Origin: the human T2T-CHM13v2.0 reference genome, Homo sapiens
Length of the DNA stretch: 64,000 bases
NCBI RefSeq assembly: GCF_009914755.1
Contig: NC_060931.1
Strand: one strand, 5' to 3'
The notes under the pieces were generated by a model that was given only the letters and a program-made list of their open reading frames with translations, had not been told where the DNA came from and made no database searches. Position 1 is the first letter of the stretch. The number at the start of each line of letters is the position of its first letter. The translations under genes and the position numbers were made by a program. Shown piece after piece: positions 28,613 to 41,899 of this stretch.

Positions 28613-29599
28613 CCCGACATCTCTGCTGCCTGAATTGGAGGAAGGTTGAGGGTAGGCCTGGAATACTGGGGAAAGAATAAGCCTAAGTCAATATTTCAAA
28701 TCCCCATTCTTCCCCATTTGCAAAGGACTGCATGTAGCTATGAGTGAGTTGTCTGGACACAGGGTTTGGAGGACTCTGCAGGCTGCTCCTTCTTTGTGTC
28801 TTAGTCTACTCTCCTGCTTGTCTTTATTTAGCAGCAGGATGGACACTGGCAGTTCCACAACAACATTATCAGTAGAGTTCAGTCGAGTTCAGAGGATGCT
28901 TTGATGTCCCTCTGGATCTGAAAATATCTTTCTTACCTTCTAAGTTTGCTTTGGTTCTTCAACGGAATGGAGATAGCATTTATTGATAACCTTCCACATG
29001 CTGGGCATCACTTTCCAAGAGGCCCCTTTTAAAATGTAAATTCCCTCTGGCAGGGAAAAACCCTTAAGCCCTCATTATCTAACCCCTAGAATTAACTTAT
29101 TAGAACCATTTCCATCTGTCATAGCCAGCTGCGATCAAGGCCGTGTGAGACTGGCATCAGGATAGCTGTCCTGGGGAGGGCCCTGGAAAGGGGAGGGAGC
29201 AATGAGAGGGGCAGGAGTGGAAGACCTTCCAAATCAAAGTTTATCTGCTCCACAACATTTGCCCTGTGGTAGCCCTGAAGTAATTGATGTGCTAATTAAA
29301 ATCCCTGTAGATTCATTAAAGCAATACCGAGAAAATCCCTGCTTTGCACTTAGGTTGTCTAGACAGTAGTTTGGTTATAAATATGAAAGTAATGAAACTC
29401 ATTGCTTTAACAAAAATTATCCCATTTTGGCTTTTTCTATCAGTCCAAATGATGAGGTTGTAACTTCATTTTAATGCTTAGAAGTGCAAAATAGTGATAG
29501 ATAAGAGAGAGGGTGTGGGTTATATACGCAGGCTGGCTTGTGATTTACAATTTGTATTATACAGACTAGCCACAGATGATCAATTAGCATGCATGAATT

Positions 29600-29980
29600 A
29601 AAATGGCCTATTCACACAATGAGATACTCCTCAGCAATAACAAGGAATTACCAATTTATACAACCATGTGGATGCATCTTAAAAACTTGTTGAGCAAAAG
29701 AAGCCAGACACAAAGGAATATACACTGTATGACTCCATTCACATGTTCTTAAATGGACAAAACTCATGTACAAAGAAACAATCTGAATAGTGCTTGCCTC
29801 AGTGGGGGTAAGAGGAGAAGATTAAAGCATGAGGGGACCTTTTAGCTAGGTAGAAATGCTATCTTGATTTGGGTGTTGATGACAGGATCTACACGTTTGT
29901 CAAAACTACTAGAATTGTGCACTTCAGATATGTGCCTTTAGCCCCATGTAAATTATAACACAATGAAAACAATTTAAAAA
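29600..29980 (+). mobile_element. L1ME-like 3'UTR
   Basis: ttgagcaaaagaagccagacacaaaggaatatacactgtatgactccatt. Confidence 0.8.
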
Positions 29981-30247
29981 ACATTTCCTGGCCTTTTTTT
30001 GAGCTAGCTTTCCTTGGCTGACTGCATGTTGGTTTGGTGTCTGAGGTAACTAACAGCATAGGTATATCTAGCATAAAGCCAAAACTGCAGATTGTGTAAC
30101 ATGCAAATTGCTTTAAGTCGAAGAGCTAAACATTTAGGGTTGCCCACATGTGATGTTATTAATCACTTTATTATGTAATACTTGCTCTGAAATACAGGCA
30201 ACACAAGCAAATTCCATCAATATTCTTTTGAACTTTTTATTTATTCA

Positions 30248-30273
30248 GTGTGTGTGTGTGTGTGTGTGTGTGT
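30248..30273. repeat. (TG)n microsatellite
   Basis: Direct. Confidence 0.95.
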
Positions 30274-30275
30274 GG

Positions 30276-30572
30276 TTTTTTTTTTTTGTTGGACGGAGTC
30301 TCACTCTGTCATCCAGGCTGGAGTGCAGTGGCGTGATCTCGGTTCACTGCAAGCTTCACCTCCCGGGTTCACGCCATTCTCCTGAGCCTCCCGAGTAGCT
30401 GGGACTATAGGCGCCCACCACCACTCCCGGCTAGTTTTTTTTTTTTTTTCAGTAGAGACGGGGTTTCACCGTGTTAGCCAGGATGGTCTCGATCTCCTTC
30501 CTGATCGCTTGATCCACCCACCTCGGCCTCCCAAAGTGCTGGGATTACAGGCGTGAGCCATCGCGCCTGGCC
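30276..30572 (-). mobile_element. AluY-like
   Basis: cactgcaagct, ttcacgccattctc, gtgttagccaggatgg. Confidence 0.95.
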
Positions 30573-30649
30573 CAGAGTGTTTTTTTAATAGGAAAAGTGT
30601 GGTCCATATTTAATCTGTGCTTCATTTAAATCCATTCTTCAAATGGCTT

Positions 30650-30684
30650 ACCTCTTTCTCTTTCTTTTCTTTTCTTTTCCTTTT

Positions 30685-30724
<40 letters not shown>

Positions 30725-30765
30725 TTCTTTCCTTCTTTTCTTTTCCTTTCCTTTCCTTCCTTTCT
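30650..30765. repeat. (TTTC)n/(TTCC)n tract
   Basis: Direct. Confidence 0.95.
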
Positions 30766-31040
30766 TTTTTTTTTTTTTTTTTTTTTTGAGACGGGGTCTC
30801 TCTCCGTTGCCCAGGCTGGAGTGCAGTGGTGCGATCTCAGCTCACTGCAAGCTCCGCCTCCTGGGTTCACGCTGGGACTACAGGCACCCGCCACCATGCC
30901 TGGCTAATTTTTTTGTATTTTTAGTAGAGACGGGGTTTCACCATGTTAGCCAGGATGGTCTGGATCTCCTGACCTCGTGATCCGCCCGCCTCAGCCTCCC
31001 AAAGTGCTGGGATTACAGGCTTGAGCCACTGCGCCCGGCC
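30765..31040 (-). mobile_element. AluY with ~29-bp internal deletion
   Basis: ctgcaagctccgcctc; junction gggttcacgc|tgggactac. Confidence 0.95.
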
Positions 31041-31160
31041 TCCCTTCCTCCCTCCTTCCCTCCCTCCCTCCCTCCCTTCCTTCCTTCCTTCCTTCCTTCC
31101 TTCCTTCCTTCCTTCCTTCCTTTCTCTTTCCCCTTCCTTCTTTCTTTCTTTTTTTCTTTC
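31041..31160. repeat. (CCCT)n/(CCTT)n tract
   Basis: Direct. Confidence 0.95.
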
Positions 31161-31453
31161 TTTTTTTTTTTTGAGACAGAGTTTTGCTCTTGTTGCCCAG
31201 GCTGGAGTGCAATGGCGTGGCTGGGCTCACCGCAACCTCCACCTCCCGGGTTCAAGCGATTCTCCTGCCTCAGCCTCCCGAATAGCTGGGATTACAGGTG
31301 TGCGCCACCATGCCCAGCTAATTTTGCATGTTTAGTAGAGATGGGGCTTCTCCATATTGGTCAGGCTGGTCTCAAACTCCCAACTTCAGGTGATCCGCCC
31401 ACCTAGGCCTCCCAAAGTGCTGGGATTACAGGCGTGAGCCACCGCACCCTGCC
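31160..31453 (-). mobile_element. AluSp-like
   Basis: gttttgctcttgttgcc, ctcaccgcaacc, ctccatattggtcagg. Confidence 0.95.
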
Positions 31454-32307
31454 AACTTACACTTTTCTAAGCTACTCCCTATATACCACTTTTGCTACAA
31501 AAAAAGTAAATTAACACAATAAAATAGTTTAACTCTGGCCCTGTAGTGTGCTACACATAAAAACTCACATACACCTCTAAATCTCTTTCCAAGATGCTAT
31601 TGGAGAGTATTTCTGTACAATTGGCATGTACCTGATTGGAATGTTCTGGAGCTTTGATTAGGCTTCCCCTTGCCCCTTTTGTTTATACAACGTCTACAGT
31701 ATAGGAGTAGCTGCATCTTAGGGTAGGTGAGGTCTCCTAGAAAACTGAACTGAAGTAGTTGTTTTGAAGGCTGAAGAAATTCTGAAAGACCTATAGCGTA
31801 CATTCTCATCCTAATATTCCTTCTGTTCTGATTGAGAATAAGGATCATGATTATTTTCATTATTCATCTGCTCCTCTTGCTTAGTCCTTTCCTGAAGTCT
31901 TAATCCTCTCCTTGAGACATCCCAGTTGGTTGCCATGGAAATGATTATTTTGCCACAAACACAGAATTATGACCTACAGTAAAGAATAAGCAGCAGAAGC
32001 CAATGAACTCTTGGAAAATAACTCAGTCTTGCTGACACTAAAAGAAGACTAACACTATTAAAACTGGAAGCAAAGTTGTCCAAAGTTTTTCATGAGGCAA
32101 TAAGTTATCATGAATTTTTCTCAAATAATTATTAGATCAGTTGTTGAAGAATTTATGGTTTGAACATATTTATGGGCACTAATACCTTTACAAGTTAAAG
32201 TCCTTCCAAAATTTTGAACCTAAAGGTTCAAAGCAACTAATGATTGATATTAGTAATAATCATTTAATTGTTTCTGACCTGTCATACATACTCAAAAAGT
32301 ACAGTTA

Positions 32308-32634
<327 letters not shown>

Positions 32635-33112
32635 CTACTTCAAACTCAGCCATTTAAATTCTTGTGCACACCTTTCTGGTTTTATACACGGATATAGCCA
32701 TAATTTACTAAAATATATTTATATTAAATAATTATTAATATGATTATATCTACTTTTGACATAATAAAATATATCTGTACTTAAAAAAATAGAAATATAC
32801 TTATGTTTCTATCTATATTCTTTTCTATGTTTCTATACCATCTTAATATTTATAATTTTCAAATTAAGAAACTTCTTATCCTGGTTCCATATAGTGGAAT
32901 ATTTATGTTGTATCAAATCCTTTTGCCATTATAAATGAAATGGCTGTAAATATCTTGATAGCAGGTCTTGAAAGAAATTCTGTAGAATTAGCTCGGAGAA
33001 ATTGTGTTCTGGGCATCAGGAGTGTGAGAATTTTAATGTAACACCCTTCCCTATATATAGTAGGCCATCATTAAATATTTGTTACATGAATGGACCTCAT
33101 CAAATATATTAA

Positions 33113-33161
33113 ATTGAAAAGTAATGGCAAAAACCGCAATTACTTTTGCATCAACCTAATA
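33113..33161. mobile_element. Half MADE1
   Basis: gtaatggcaaaaaccgcaattacttttgcatcaacctaata. Confidence 0.88.
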
Positions 33162-34157
33162 CTTTATGGCAGGTAATATTTACGGCTCTTACAAGTCAGA
33201 GAAACTAGGATAAGAGAAAGTTCCAAAGAATCTTAGGGAAGAAAGCAAATCTTTCATAGACTAAGGTCCAAGAGTGTCAGTAGCTTGACTCAGGCCCTGC
33301 TTGTGAGAAGGGTGTGTTTAGAAGTCTCATCTTCCCCCTTTCCATTGAATTTTCTTTGCACTGCACAAGCTGTGCTTCTCAGGGAGCTCAACAGAACTTG
33401 CAAAGGCCCTGAGGGAATGCAGTGTGTTCCTGACTCTGCTTAATTTGTTAATTTTTGTGTTCTTTTTCTTCCAAAACGATTTTAGGCAGGTTATATAAGG
33501 ACATCAAATACAGTGGAATAACACCAAAATTAAAACAAAAAAAAAATCAAGTCAAAGAGGAAGTATAAACAACAAAATAAAGTTGTCCCCAAAATGTGTA
33601 CCTAGGGTCATATGGAGTTGGAAAAGATGTGACACAATTGGACTCTGAACTTCCTCAAGGCCAGAGGAAGGCAGGACATAAAAAACAGCACCTGATCCAT
33701 AGCGTCTGCAAGACAAAAACCAGTTACCTAAGGGAAGAACAGCACTCTTTGTCAGTGAGTCCGTGTCTGTCCCTGAATGCCAAGATATTGCTAAGTTACA
33801 CTTTGACCTCTACTGCGGAGCTTTCAAGCTTCGCTGTTGTGACAAGTGCTGCCACTGACATCGGCTGGTTTCATAACGCCTGGCCCCACGAGTGCTTCAT
33901 GCTAGATGGCTGAATTTTGATGACCGCCATGAGGAGGGTAGAAATACAGCCTTGATGAGAGAATTTATGTGTAAATACCTGAGAGTCTGAAAGTGTATCT
34001 CAGATGAACTTGATTAAAAACTTTTCCTATTGTGATTAAGAAAAACACATAAAATTCAATTGATTTTAAATATCTTTTTCAATTAAAAAAGTAATATATA
34101 ATAGTCTTCTTGTAGAAAATGGAAATTTTAAGGAAGAAAAATATCACTGTAAATCTA

Positions 34158-34465
<308 letters not shown>

Positions 34466-34524
34466 GTACAGTATGTAGAATTTTTCAAGGCTTTGGGTGT
34501 ATTTCTTTCCACAGTTAGGGTTTT

Positions 34525-34622
34525 ATGTGTGTGTGTGTATACATATAAGTGTGAGTATGTGTATGTGTATATGTATGTGTGTATATATATCTATATTTAT
34601 ATACAGCTATATCCATATATGT
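34525..34622. repeat. (TG)/(TA) low-complexity tract
   Basis: Direct. Confidence 0.85.
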
Positions 34623-35566
34623 AGTGAGAAAGAAAAAGAGAGAGAGACTATCTACAGACAAAGCAAATTGAAAAGAGGTAAGATGAAAAGATTCTTCGAG
34701 GCCCTGCAGTGTAACCGCAGGGGGTTTAATAGGGTCTCTTTGGTCTTATCCATGGGTGGAAAGGCAATTAAGGACTCCGAGTCCCTTCATGTGGCTGTCC
34801 CTCGGTTTCTCTAAGACTCATAGTTCTCAGTATAATTTTGTAATTTTCCACATATAAACACCACCTATTTCTTGTGGAGTTTAATACTACTATATGTGTT
34901 ATTTTTTATATTGTGAACAAAAATGTTTGTTCTACTATATTTTTCTCTGGCCATTTCTAATATCTATAGATTTTTATACCTTTTTTTTTTTTGCCTCTGG
35001 CTGCTTAACTAAATTCTCTTTTAATAATAATTTTTTTTTTCTTTGTGAAGGTTTCCTTGGAATGAAATATGTCTTGAATATAATAACATTATCTTCTCCT
35101 TGTTGATGAGCATGTTTTTAAGACTGTTATCTATAGCATTTATCTCTAAATATGAATAGTATGCCAAAACACTTTTTCTGCTCATTAAACTTTGTGAATC
35201 AGTTTTTTCATCAGTAGCTGTTATTTTCATTATCTTTAATGGATCCTTGGTGGGATGAAGGGAAAAATAAGCCAACAAAAAAAATAAGGAAAACTGTCTT
35301 TGTCTTTAATCCTTGCCTTTCTGGTCCCACCCTTCTTTCTATTCCACTCCTATGGATCAGTCTCATATCTGCAATATTAGGAAAACAGGAACAGCATGTG
35401 TGGAGAACAACAAACGTGTACTCTAGGGATGGCTAAATCTTTCTAAATTGTGTAATATTTTCCAACTTACCAGGATACCTGTTATGATATATAAAATTCT
35501 GCCACAATTATAAATAACATGCATTTTTCCTTTATATCAGTACTATATAAGTGGCATGCCTGATAG

Positions 35567-35889
<323 letters not shown>

Positions 35890-36191
35890 AGAAATGGACA
35901 ATATTTTAAAAGCACACATAAAAAAAAATCTAAATTATCCAGAGTTGTCATATCCCAAAATAACCTCTGTCTTACTTCGGTTTCCCCAGAAAGACCCTGG
36001 GACAAGGGTTCATGTGCAGATTGTCTTTTGGGAAGTGATCCCAGGGAATGGGAGTGGAGGGCTAGAGAAAGGGAAGCAGGGAAGGAGGGAAAGGCCATTC
36101 AAAAGTGTATTATCAAATCGTTCACCACTCTGGGTAACTAAGGCTTAGTCTCACTGTAGAATGAGCTTCAGATTGTCCATTGAAGAGATGG

Positions 36192-36325
36192 AAGGTCGAG
36201 GCTGCAGTGAGCTGTGATCATGCCATGCACTCCAGCCTGGGTGACAGAGTGAGATCCTGTCTCTAAAAAGAGAGAGAGAGAGAGAAAGAGAGAAAGAGAG
36301 GGAGAGAGAGAGATAAGAGAGAGAT
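36192..36325 (+). mobile_element. Short Alu right-arm 3' fragment with (GA)n tail
   Basis: gaggctgcagtgagctgtgatc ... gagatcctgtctct. Confidence 0.9.
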
Positions 36326-36344
36326 GGAAGAGGTGAATATATTC

Positions 36345-36547
36345 AATGGTGTGTTGGAACCTGCTTGCCCAGCTTGGCATGGCCTGTTGTGCATATGTCG
36401 TGTCAACTTTGTGCTCAGTGACATCAGGTTGGTAGCTTGAAATTGACCACAGTGGGAGTGTTTACACCGTGGAAATTGGTGAAAGCCACATATCAGGGCT
36501 ATTTTTGTTAGACAGCTGGTTGTTAAAGTTTATTGGCATATCACTTG
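36345..36547. mobile_element. MER63A-like hAT MITE
   Basis: ctcagtgacatcaggttggtagcttgaaatt ... gggagtgtttacacc..ggaaattgg. Confidence 0.75.
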
Positions 36548-36869
36548 AAATATTGATCCACTGGCTCCCATCTTCTTTTAGTCAAGGGTCACCCCACAGG
36601 GCATGAACTCCCTTGTTCTTCTAAATTTGCACAGACATCAGAAGGCTGAGATGGTTTCTGCAGACAACCCACAGGGCTGAGAGGACCTCCTCCCAGCCGA
36701 GGCAATAGGCTGTCAGTTTACACCTGTGTAGCTGCTTTCCACAGCAATGACTGAAGTAAAATGGACGGCTGAGGGGCTGTAAGGCCCCAGAGATGTCTAA
36801 TCCAAGCACTATTAATGTTTTGGCAGTTTTCATGGACATGTGCATGCACACATATAAAAACACACAGTT

Positions 36870-37220
36870 TTAAACTTACTAAAATGGCATCATACCAACT
36901 ATACTTTGTCTCCTTCTCAGCTTTTTATGTTTACTTAACAATAAATGGTGAACATTTTCCATGTAAACAAATGCTACTTTAGTGGTTGCAAAGTATTAGA
37001 TATACCATAGAGTATTTTCTAATCTTCCACTGTTGCACACCTAGGTCTGTTTTCAATTTCATGCTATTACAAATAGGGCCATGATGTACATATTTGTATA
37101 TATATCTTTATACCTCTGATAAATTCCTTGAAGTAGAATTACTGGGTCAGAGGGCATGCCTATTTCTAAGACTTTCGAACAGATTGCCTAGCCTAGAATA
37201 TGTGTATCAACAAAGCCCAC
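36870..37220 (-). mobile_element. L1ME-like fragment
   Basis: gctattacaaata ... gataaattccttgaagtagaattactgggtcagaggg. Confidence 0.7.
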
Positions 37221-37248
37221 ACCTTATGATCTTTCGAAGTCTTTTCTA

Positions 37249-37444
37249 GCCTGCCTGCCTTCCTTCCTTCCTTCCTTCCTTCCTTCCTTCCTTCCTTCCT
37301 TCCTTCCTTTCTTCCTTCCTCCATTCCTTCCCTCCTTCTCTCCTTCCCTCCCTCCCTCCCTTCTTTCCTTCCTTCCTTCCTTCCTTCCTTCCTTCCTCTT
37401 TTCTTTCTTTTCCTTTCTCTCTCTCTCTTTCTTCCTTTCTTTCC
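37249..37444. repeat. (CCTT)n compound microsatellite from an Alu tail
   Basis: Direct. Confidence 0.95.
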
Positions 37445-37731
37445 TTTTTTTCAGACAAGGTCTCATTCTCTCACTCAGGCTGGAGTGCAGTGGGGCGAAC
37501 ACAGCTCACTGCAGCCTCCACCTGCCAGGCTCAAGTGATCCTCCCACCTCGCCCTTATGAGTAGCTGGGACTACAGGTGCACGCCACCATGCCTGGCTAA
37601 TTTCTTGTATTTTTTGTAGAGATAGGGATCTCACAATGTTGCCCAAGGTGGTCTCTAACTTCTGGGCTCAATCTGCCCACCTCAGCCTCCCAAAGTGCTG
37701 GGATTACAGGCATGAGCCACCATGCCCGGCC
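37445..37731 (-). mobile_element. AluJ
   Basis: acagctcactgcagcctc, gatcctcccacctc. Confidence 0.95.
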
Positions 37732-38454
37732 TTTAACTTTATTATTCTATAATTCTCTCATTCCAATGCCGAAGTATCAACGATTCCTGTAAGACTAGCA
37801 TGAACCACAATAAGTAAATAGATTGCTTATGACTCCGTATCCAATAGCCCTGAATAGTACATACTTAGAAAACAAAACAAAGCTACTTTACTTTAATATC
37901 TCTACCCAAAGAAATAATGTTTTTCCATATTTATAATTCATATAAACAAAACAAACTTGCAGCACTCTAAAAATTGAGTTCTTTAGACTTTAAAACTTAA
38001 GGCATTTCTATAACTGCTATTAATCACCAGTCTTAAATATATTATCCTCATGTCTTCAGACTCAAGAAGGCTTTTGTCTATAAGTCCATTCTACATAGCT
38101 ATTTTATTTGGAAGAGAGCATAACGCAGATGACAAATGATTCATTGTTTCTGGAGCAAAGCAATATTATTCCAGAACAAAAGGAAAGAGAAAAATAGTAA
38201 CAAACATTGTGATATTTTTGAATTTGGATTGATTTGATCCTTCAACACTGTTCTAAACTATCGTATTTCTATTTGATTACTTTTTTTCCTAGTCATATCT
38301 TTAACGACAAAAAAATAATGTTTGAAATCTTGCATATGTGCTCGGGTATTTAGTAACTTAAGACATTCGTACTGCATTCAATTCTATCGCACGCAAGAAA
38401 TTAGAAAATACAAAATCAGTGTAACAAAGCCAACATGGGATTTCTGAAAGGCTT

Positions 38455-38580
38455 TAATTCAACATTTGTCACAAATGTTGACTAATCACCTTCTCTGGTC
38501 TCGTTGTAGTGCTAGGCACCAGAGATAATGCAGTGAACCAGACAGACACCATCCCTAGCCTCATAGAGCTTGCAATTAAA
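38455..38580 (-). mobile_element. L2 fragment
   Basis: gtgctaggcaccagagataatgcagtgaaccagacagac. Confidence 0.7.
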
Positions 38581-39374
38581 AACCATACTCCAATGGAAAT
38601 AAGGAAAGAAAGAGGCAAATGCCCAGACCTCTACTTGCTCTTCTGGTCTTCCATTGCCTTCTCAGCTGTTAAACCAACTCTTTGTGTCATTTCCTTTTTG
38701 AACAATGAAGGGCCTGCTACTGGCCTAACTTATAAGGAAAAGCTCATAAAATTGATTTGCCAGATTGACTCACAACCCAAATGCATCTCATTTTTATGGC
38801 ATAAAACGAAGATGTAGTGTGAATAACAAACATACTTACTTTAATGGATGTTAATTGTATTCTTAGTCCCTCTCCAGGCAATTAATATTTTCCCTTGCCA
38901 TTTTATACATAAAGATCCTCTGAAAAACTCAGCTAAGGGCATAACAGGACTGTTGTCAGTGACCATGGATCCTAAAAGATCCATATAGGCTCCCAGGGCA
39001 AGCTGGTCATGGGTAAAACTGTGAAGGTAACGGTCGCTGATCATTGTTGCCTCTCCCTGGAGTGACGAGATATCTCCTTCCCACCCTCTGCATCCAGCAT
39101 CTCATACTTGTGCCATCCTTTCCTTGTTAAAAGGTTTTCAGGAACTGATCAAGTATTAATGTCCAAAGAATAATAAAACGTGAATTTTAGCGAAAGTCAA
39201 AAGGGTGAATTTAGCAGAAAACAAATCTTTAAATCAAAGGGATAGCTCTACATATGTAATTTAAGGTATTAATTAGCATATAGAATATATCTGGGCAGGA
39301 GAAAAGTCCAGATATAAAATAACTCTAGAACAAAAATAAGAGAAAACTAGTTAAACATTGGTGGGTGGATGACA

Positions 39375-39545
39375 GGCATCTGGGTGTAGTAGGGAAAGCC
39401 CAAACTCTGGATGAAAGAACATACCTGGGTTCAAATTATTCCTGAGCCTCAGTTTCTCCAACTACAAAGTGGGAACAATGACATCTATAAGATTTTTTCT
39501 ATTTATGGGATTAAATATGATAATGTATGTAAAGTACATGGACCA
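39375..39545 (+). mobile_element. MIR SINE
   Basis: acctgggttcaaat ... ctgagcctcagtttctc ... gattaaatatgataatgtatgtaaag. Confidence 0.75.
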
Positions 39546-39635
39546 CATGAGCTTATGCCATCATGAAGTCAGACCACAAAAGTGCTTGCAAATTCTGCAT
39601 ATGCGCACTTCCTGAATGCATTTTCCTATCCGTAA

Positions 39636-40039
<404 letters not shown>

Positions 40040-40213
40040 AAAAGCAGACTTTTTTTTAAACTTCAGTTTGTTTTTCTAGAGCAAAACAGTGGGGTCTTTA
40101 GTTTGCATTAGAATTACTCAAGAAACTCCTCCCCACCTTTAAATGTTCATTTATTTATCACAATGAACAGGAAACATGTAAGCCAGGTAGCTTTTTCCTC
40201 AGGAAATTTGTTT

Positions 40214-40345
40214 TTAAATGCACATTCTGGGGCCCATTCCTATGAAATTCTGATTCAGAAGATCTTTGGGAATCTGCATTTTTAAAAAGTTCCATAGGTC
40301 ATTCCGAGGCAGGGCAGCTGTGGGCAAACTTGGAGAAACAGGGCT
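40214..40345. mobile_element. MER5-like fragment
   Basis: aaatgcacattctggggccc ... ggaatctgcatttttaa. Confidence 0.7.
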
Positions 40346-41899
40346 GGAGAGAGAGTGCCTTGATTTCCACTTTGAGAACACAGTGTTTGAGAGTCTCTTT
40401 AATGTGGTATTTGGTAATGTAAATGGAAAGCAAAACTCCTTTCCAAAGTGGAAGGATTTAAGACAATGAACAACTAAATTGATTGGCAAAGTAAAGTAAA
40501 GGCCGTTTTCATTGTGAAGTGAAATCTTGGCAATGTGTTTCTTTAAGGAAATGCTTCTTGTTCTTAATATAGATTTGGGCTGCTACGAATCTGGATATTC
40601 TTTTGGTTCCCAAAGAACCAAATCATTACGCCAGGCGGGCTAGAGCTGAGGTGGGCATGAACAAAGGATGAAGGAGTCTAGTTTCTCTTTGCTAATGTGA
40701 ACGGAACACAGAGGTGGGCCTGGTAGTTCCAGAGCCCAGCACCTTCAGTTCTGTGCGCAGTTCCCTCTTGGTGTTTTTTTATACCAGATGTTTCAAAATG
40801 TGAAAAAGATGCTACTGTCAGCTTGAATTCGGATGCCTTGTCCTTTTCGCAATAGGAGGTGGGGCCTTCCTGAATGTCAGGGCTTCCTGGGTGGTTGGCC
40901 ATCCTGGAAGGCAGAAGTTTGTGAGCAGTGAAGTTTTCCTTCAAACATTGGTTGGGGCCTGGGCTCTGGGAGAAGACAACTGGTCTAGGGGCTCTTGCTG
41001 GGGAAGGCGCTGGCCACTGCAAAGTGGTGGGCGCAGGCCAGGGATGAAGGAGAAAGTGCTAGTAGGCCACTTTCCTCTGGAAGGGCTCCTCTTATGATTC
41101 TGCTGGCAGTCACATCCAGTGTGAAGGTCTTTGTTATTCTTTGATCTTTTATTCTTTTTTGTTATTTCCAATCCTTCAGTAAAGTTGGGCACTTGAACAG
41201 ATTTTTCAGTTCCACAAATTGAAGAGCACCTCCCATATTCTAGGATACTGAAGTTAGCATGGCAGACAAGTGTCCTATCTTTATGGGCTTTCTAACTTTA
41301 GATCCTGAGGTCTGAAGGGAATTAAGGAATGAGCTGGCATCCAAAATTGGACTGGGTTGTATGAGGTGAGCTACACAAAGGGTCCGCACTCCTGCTGTGG
41401 ACCTGGCGGAGTTTGCCTGGAGCGACACAGATCTGACTACTCAATCCACCTTGAGGTTACCACTGATGGTCTGTTATCCTTCTCCCCTATAGAAAATCCT
41501 TTTAAATTTGGATTAAAGATTTATAGAGCTTTACTAATGTCTTCAAAGAATGGGCATATGCAGTTTGAACTCTATCACAGAAGCAATTCAGTTCTTTGCA
41601 ACTAAAAACATTGGCTTCTACTTGAAGTATAAGTAAAAACTGCCTGATTGACTTGATGAAAATGAGAATTGTTTGTAATTAGCAATCACTTGATTGGCAT
41701 CCAAATAGCAGCCTGTTTGCTCTCTTGAAGCATGCTCAAATCACTCACCATCTTACTTTAAGAAAAATTTCTTTCAATTACAGATGTAATGTATGCTCCT
41801 ATTGAAAATTTAGAAAATAAAAATGAAGAGAAGGAAAAAAAAGATTATCAATAGTTTCACTTACATATACATTGTGATTTATTTTCTTCTTCTGACATA

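Larger units (their letters stand above)
35968..36800 (-). mobile_element. LTR33-like ERVL LTR with nested inserts
   Basis: tgtcttacttcggtttccccaga ... ttttgggaagtgatcccagg; resumes at ~36550. Confidence 0.6.

Noticed and set aside
30617-31406. K/E/R-rich and F/L/S-rich ORFs (also 37224-37502)
   Set aside because: Translations of simple repeats and Alus
33440-33750. Possible ancient LINE (L4/RTE-X-like) remnant
   Set aside because: Similarity too weak to call by eye; needs an HMM search
33596-33913. 105-aa ORF over the CpG patch
   Set aside because: GTG start, no flanking splice support, no recognisable homology
40787-40860. Exon-like unit after ttttttataccag as a coding exon
   Set aside because: Stops in all three frames and a weak donor (gtgggg)
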